50,354 nucleotides of DNA, taken from assembly GCA_905612535.1 (NCBI GenBank), contig CAJQSJ010000008.1:1-50354 (forward strand), in the 5' to 3' direction. Positions 46,810-50,354 of the stretch are shown here, piece after piece. A program made the position numbers and the translations under genes. Under the pieces are notes generated by a model. That model searched no databases, had not been told where the DNA came from, and saw nothing but the letters and a program-made list of their open reading frames with translations. Source of the DNA: an uncultured Pelagibacteraceae bacterium. GTDB taxonomy: Bacteria > Pseudomonadota > Alphaproteobacteria > Pelagibacterales > Pelagibacteraceae. The first letter of the stretch is position 1; each line of letters opens with the position of its first letter.

Positions 46810-49213
46810 CATCTTTCTAGTATTTATTTTTATTTTAAATTCTCTTTTAATGAACACCACACTTCATGCGGTTGAATTAGATATTGTTGCTCAAGAAATT
46901 ACTATAGATAAAAAAAATAATACTTTAACAGGAACTGGCTCTGTCATAGTGACCGATGCAAGTGGAACAACAATAAAAGCTGATAAAGTAAGATATGAAA
47001 AATCGAATGAATTTTTAACTGCAATTGGATCAGTTGAAATTAAGGATGCAAATAATAATATTTTGACTTCAGATAAAATGACATACGATAAATTAAATGA
47101 AGTAATTAATACTTATAAAGACTCAAAAATAAATTTTCAAAATGAATACAGTCTATTAACTAATAATATAATATATAATTTTAAAGATGGAGTAATAAAT
47201 TCAAATCAAGAATCTATACTTAATGATATTGATGGAAACATTGTTGAGTTAGATATGTTTCAATATCAAATAAATAAAAATTTACTTTCATCAATTGGAG
47301 ATATTAAAATTACAGATAAAGAAAACAATGTATATCTTCTAAAAGAATTTCATGTAGATACTAAAAAAAAGGAAATGGTTGGTTCCGATGTCAATATTTT
47401 TTTTGATAACAAAAATATTGACCCCAATAGCGAAAATGAACCAAGATTTGCTTCTAATAATATCTATTTATCAAAAAATAAATCCAAAATGTTTAAAGGA
47501 GTTTTTACACCCTGCAAAAGTAGAGGAAAAGGAAAGTGTCCACCATGGTCTTTACAAGCAAAGGAGATAAGTCACGATAAAGCTAAAAAAACAATTTACT
47601 ATGACAGTGTGATTCTAAAGCTTTATGACGTGCCTATTTTTTATCTTCCTTTATTTTTTCATCCAGATCCTACTGTAAAAAGGCAATCTGGTTTTTTAAA
47701 TCCATTTTTTTCAAATTCTTCAGTTGTTGGATCTGGCGTTGGAACACCTTATTACTGGATGATTAGCGATGACAAAGATTTAACTTTTACACCTAAAATT
47801 TATGCAAATGAAAATCCACTATTTTTAAATGAATATAGACAAGCATTTAAAAATGGATTTCTGACATTAGATATGAGTCATATGGCAGGACATAAAAATA
47901 CTTCAAGTCGGAAAACAAATGGATCTCGAAGTCATATTTTTGCTAATTTAGATTTAGATTTAGATAATGATAGCAACTTTTCAGTTGAAGTAGAACGAGT
48001 GACTAATAGTGAATATTTTAGAACACAGGATATAAATACGAGTTTAGTAGATAGTTCAGAAACTAATTTAACAAATAAAATTAATTATAACTACAATAAA
48101 AATAATACGTCATTAAATATTTCAAGCATCGTCTATGAAGACTTGAGAAAAACAGCGGATAGGTATGAATTTATTTTACCCAATGTACTGTTTGGTAAAA
48201 CATTTTTTACAGAAAAAACCGGAACATTTAATTTAACTTCTGAAACTCTTTATAAAAATTATGATGCTGATAAATATAATGCCATGTTGACAAACGAAGT
48301 CATTTGGAATTCAAACTCTAAAACTACTAAAAATGGTTTTGTAAATACTGTAGAAGGAAGATTAAAAAATACTAATTATAAAGCAAGAAAAACAACTGAT
48401 CATAAAACGGATGGTGAAGTCAGTGAATTAAGAAGTGTATTAAGCTATAAAAGCAGCTTACCTTTAAAAAAAGATGGTATTGGCTTTACTAAAATATTTT
48501 CTCCAAATTTTATGCTAAGATACGCTCCTGGTCATATGCACAAATTAACTAAAGAACATGCTATATTAAATTACACAAACATATATTCAACTAATAGAAC
48601 TACTGAAATAGAAAGTGGTATAAGTGCAGTTTTGGGTTTTGATTTTAAAATTAATGAAAAAAGTAAAAATAACACTGATAGAGAAAAAATATCTTTATCG
48701 TTAGCTCAAGTTTTTAATCGTAGGGAAAATTTAGGTATGCCATCTAGCAGCTCATTAGATCAAAAAATGTCTGATTTAGTTGGTGAATTTGACTACAATT
48801 TTTCAGAAATTGGTAGTGTTGAATATAAATTTTCTTTAGATCATAATTATAAAACTCTAAATTACAATCAAATTTCTACTAGTTTTAATCTTGGTAAAGT
48901 TGACCTTAATGTAAGTTATTTAGAAGAAAGAAAACATATTGGCACTGAACATTATGTTGAACCAAAAATATCTTTAAATTTAAACGATAATAATAAATTA
49001 TCTTACTCCAGTAAAAAGAATTTTAAAACAAACAGTACGGAACTTTATGATATAAGTTACCAATACCAAATAGATTGTTTAACTGCTGGGTTGGTGTTTA
49101 GAAGAGAATTTTATAATGATAGTATTGCAAATCAAAAAGAATCTCTAATGTTTAAAATTACTTTTGTACCTTTTGCTGGTGCAGTAAAAGCAAAATCAAA
49201 ACTCAGTGATTAA
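46793..49213 (+). CDS. lptD: LPS-assembly outer-membrane protein LptD (OstA/Imp)
   Basis: 806 aa. Signal peptide, OstA-like N-terminal domain (LTGTGSVIVTD...ADKVRYEK), the conserved PIFYLPLFFHPDP and RQSGFLNP blocks, and a long beta-barrel region. Followed by surA-pdxA. Confidence 0.9.
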   Translation: MPTKNNIFLVFIFILNSLLMNTTLHAVELDIVAQEITIDKKNNTLTGTGSVIVTDASGTTIKADKVRYEKSNEFLTAIGSVEIKDANNNILTSDKMTYDKLNEVINTYKDSKINFQNEYSLLTNNIIYNFKDGVINSNQESILNDIDGNIVELDMFQYQINKNLLSSIGDIKITDKENNVYLLKEFHVDTKKKEMVGSDVNIFFDNKNIDPNSENEPRFASNNIYLSKNKSKMFKGVFTPCKSRGKGKCPPWSLQAKEISHDKAKKTIYYDSVILKLYDVPIFYLPLFFHPDPTVKRQSGFLNPFFSNSSVVGSGVGTPYYWMISDDKDLTFTPKIYANENPLFLNEYRQAFKNGFLTLDMSHMAGHKNTSSRKTNGSRSHIFANLDLDLDNDSNFSVEVERVTNSEYFRTQDINTSLVDSSETNLTNKINYNYNKNNTSLNISSIVYEDLRKTADRYEFILPNVLFGKTFFTEKTGTFNLTSETLYKNYDADKYNAMLTNEVIWNSNSKTTKNGFVNTVEGRLKNTNYKARKTTDHKTDGEVSELRSVLSYKSSLPLKKDGIGFTKIFSPNFMLRYAPGHMHKLTKEHAILNYTNIYSTNRTTEIESGISAVLGFDFKINEKSKNNTDREKISLSLAQVFNRRENLGMPSSSSLDQKMSDLVGEFDYNFSEIGSVEYKFSLDHNYKTLNYNQISTSFNLGKVDLNVSYLEERKHIGTEHYVEPKISLNLNDNNKLSYSSKKNFKTNSTELYDISYQYQIDCLTAGLVFRREFYNDSIANQKESLMFKITFVPFAGAVKAKSKLSD

Positions 49214-50141
49214 TATTAAAAATACATTTTATACAATTATAATAACAGCGTTACTTACAACGTCAGTTATGGGTGAAATTAAAGATATGTTATTTGCCAC
49301 TGTTGGCGATAAAGCTTTAACAGATTCAGATGTAATAAATGAAGTAAAAACAATTTTAATTATAAATAATCAGTCATATTCTAAAGATAAAAAGAAGGAA
49401 CTACAATCTCTTGCCGTGCGTAGGGTTATAGAAAGATTAATAAAAAAAAGTGAAATTGAAAAATTTAGTCTATTAAGATTTGACGAAGATAACTTAAAAC
49501 AAAAAATAGATATTATTGCAAAAGGAGTTAATGTCGATGTAGATGGATTAAAAGCTATATTTGATAGAAATGATGCAGATTTTGAAGAATTAAGGGAAAG
49601 TATTAAAACTGATTTGTTGTGGAACAACATGATATTGGCAATATATGAAAACAAATTAAATGTTAATGAAAATGAAATTGATCAGCAGCTTGCTAATTAC
49701 AAAAAAGATGCAATAATTTATGAGTATTTATTATCAGAAATAGTACTTAAGCCCGTAGAATCTTCTAAGTTGGAAGAAGAACTAAATATGGTTAAAAATA
49801 TGATTGATGATATTGGTTTTCAAAAAACTGCGATGAATATAAGCCTTTCCGTAAACTCTGCTAAAGGTGGAGATATAGGTTGGATTGATGAAAATTCATT
49901 AACTGCTAGATTTAAATCAAAGATAATAAACACACCAGTTGGAAAAATTTCAGAACCTTTAATTCTACCTGAAGGAATAATAATTTTTACTGTTAGGGAT
50001 AAAAGAAAATCAGATAAAGTTATTGATCTCGAAGAGACTAAAGAATTGCTAATTATAGCTGAAAAAAATAAAATGCTTAATATGTATTCCCTTTCTCATT
50101 ACGAATCACTCACAAGAAGCATCGCGGTAAATTATAATTAA
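49206..50141 (+). CDS. surA: Periplasmic chaperone / parvulin-type PPIase SurA (short, single PPIase domain)
   Basis: 311 aa. Signal peptide, SurA N-domain-like helical region, parvulin block SAKGGDIGWIDE...GKISEPLILPEGIIIF. Conserved lptD-surA-pdxA synteny. Confidence 0.82.
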   Translation: MINIKNTFYTIIITALLTTSVMGEIKDMLFATVGDKALTDSDVINEVKTILIINNQSYSKDKKKELQSLAVRRVIERLIKKSEIEKFSLLRFDEDNLKQKIDIIAKGVNVDVDGLKAIFDRNDADFEELRESIKTDLLWNNMILAIYENKLNVNENEIDQQLANYKKDAIIYEYLLSEIVLKPVESSKLEEELNMVKNMIDDIGFQKTAMNISLSVNSAKGGDIGWIDENSLTARFKSKIINTPVGKISEPLILPEGIIIFTVRDKRKSDKVIDLEETKELLIIAEKNKMLNMYSLSHYESLTRSIAVNYN

Positions 50142-50354
50142 TGATCAAACCTATAGCAATAGTTGCTGGAGAGCCTAATAGTATTTCATCAGAGATTATT
50201 TTTAAAAGCTGGAGGCTAAGAAAAAAATACAAACATAAACCATTTTTTATTATAGGAAATATTAAGATATTAGAATTACAGAAAAAAAAATTAAAGTTTA
50301 AAATAAAATTTAAGGAAATTAATAAAAATTTTAAAATTAACGATATAAAAGATA
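50141..50354 (+). CDS. pdxA: 4-hydroxythreonine-4-phosphate dehydrogenase PdxA, N-terminal fragment (runs off the right edge)
   Basis: Not in the ORF track because it has no stop in the window. ATG at 50141 overlaps the surA stop (TAATG). The translation MIKPIAIVAGEPNSISSEIIFKSW matches the PdxA ITxGEPxGIGxEI start. Expected position after surA. Confidence 0.78.
   Translation, partial: MIKPIAIVAGEPNSISSEIIFKSWRLRKKYKHKPFFIIGNIKILELQKKKLKFKIKFKEINKNFKINDIKD

Noticed and set aside
1-50354. Searched for mobile elements, integration scars next to the tRNA-Leu, CRISPR repeats, tandem repeats, toxin-antitoxin pairs and defence islands.
   Set aside because: There are no transposase, integrase or phage-like ORFs, and no direct repeat of the tRNA 3' end nearby. 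There are no regularly spaced repeats. Every ORF of 100 aa or more outside nested antisense positions is either a recognisable housekeeping or envelope gene or one of the few hypotheticals listed. Apart from the left-edge glycan genes, the window looks like conserved core genome.

Overview
This is a very AT-rich and extremely gene-dense alphaproteobacterial chromosome segment. Gene order and protein sequences look like a SAR11 / Candidatus Pelagibacter-type streamlined genome; this is inferred from composition, synteny and compaction, with no database search. About 48 protein genes and one tRNA fill almost the whole window. From left to right: the end of a surface-glycan biosynthesis region (a fused sugar-modifying enzyme running off the left edge, plus a GT17 glycosyltransferase); the tRNA-Leu / tig-clpP-clpX-lon proteostasis cluster; eamA-ybaK; glnA; tldD-pmbA; a complete Rrf2-sufBCDS-sufU-sufT-sufA Fe-S operon; anmK; tyrS; an AsmA-like protein; prfB; mrcA; rne; thiSG; aroQ-accBC; DUF2155 and an NDUFA12-like protein; an orphan NrdJ-C-terminal/TSCPD-like protein; aspS; hdaA; purMN; ndk-pepA; and lptF-lptG-lptD-surA-pdxA. 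I see no transposases, integrases, prophage genes, CRISPR arrays, toxin-antitoxin pairs or recognisable defence systems, and I cannot honestly point to a clear novel multi-gene system. The items most worth a second look are these. (1) A 765+ codon three-domain fusion ORF (SDR + cupin + sugar C-methyltransferase), missing from the ORF track because it runs off the window. (2) The essential rne gene is split by a +1 frame change. (3) A canonical prfB programmed +1 frameshift is hidden by the ORF track. (4) A tRNA-Leu ends 7 nt before the tig start codon. (5) An orphan NrdJ-C-terminal-like protein has no RNR core nearby. (6) Gene packing is extreme, with shared TTAA stop pairs, 15-22 bp divergent spacers and a suf operon with no spacers. 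All functional calls come from motif-level reading of the translations and from synteny. No searches were run.
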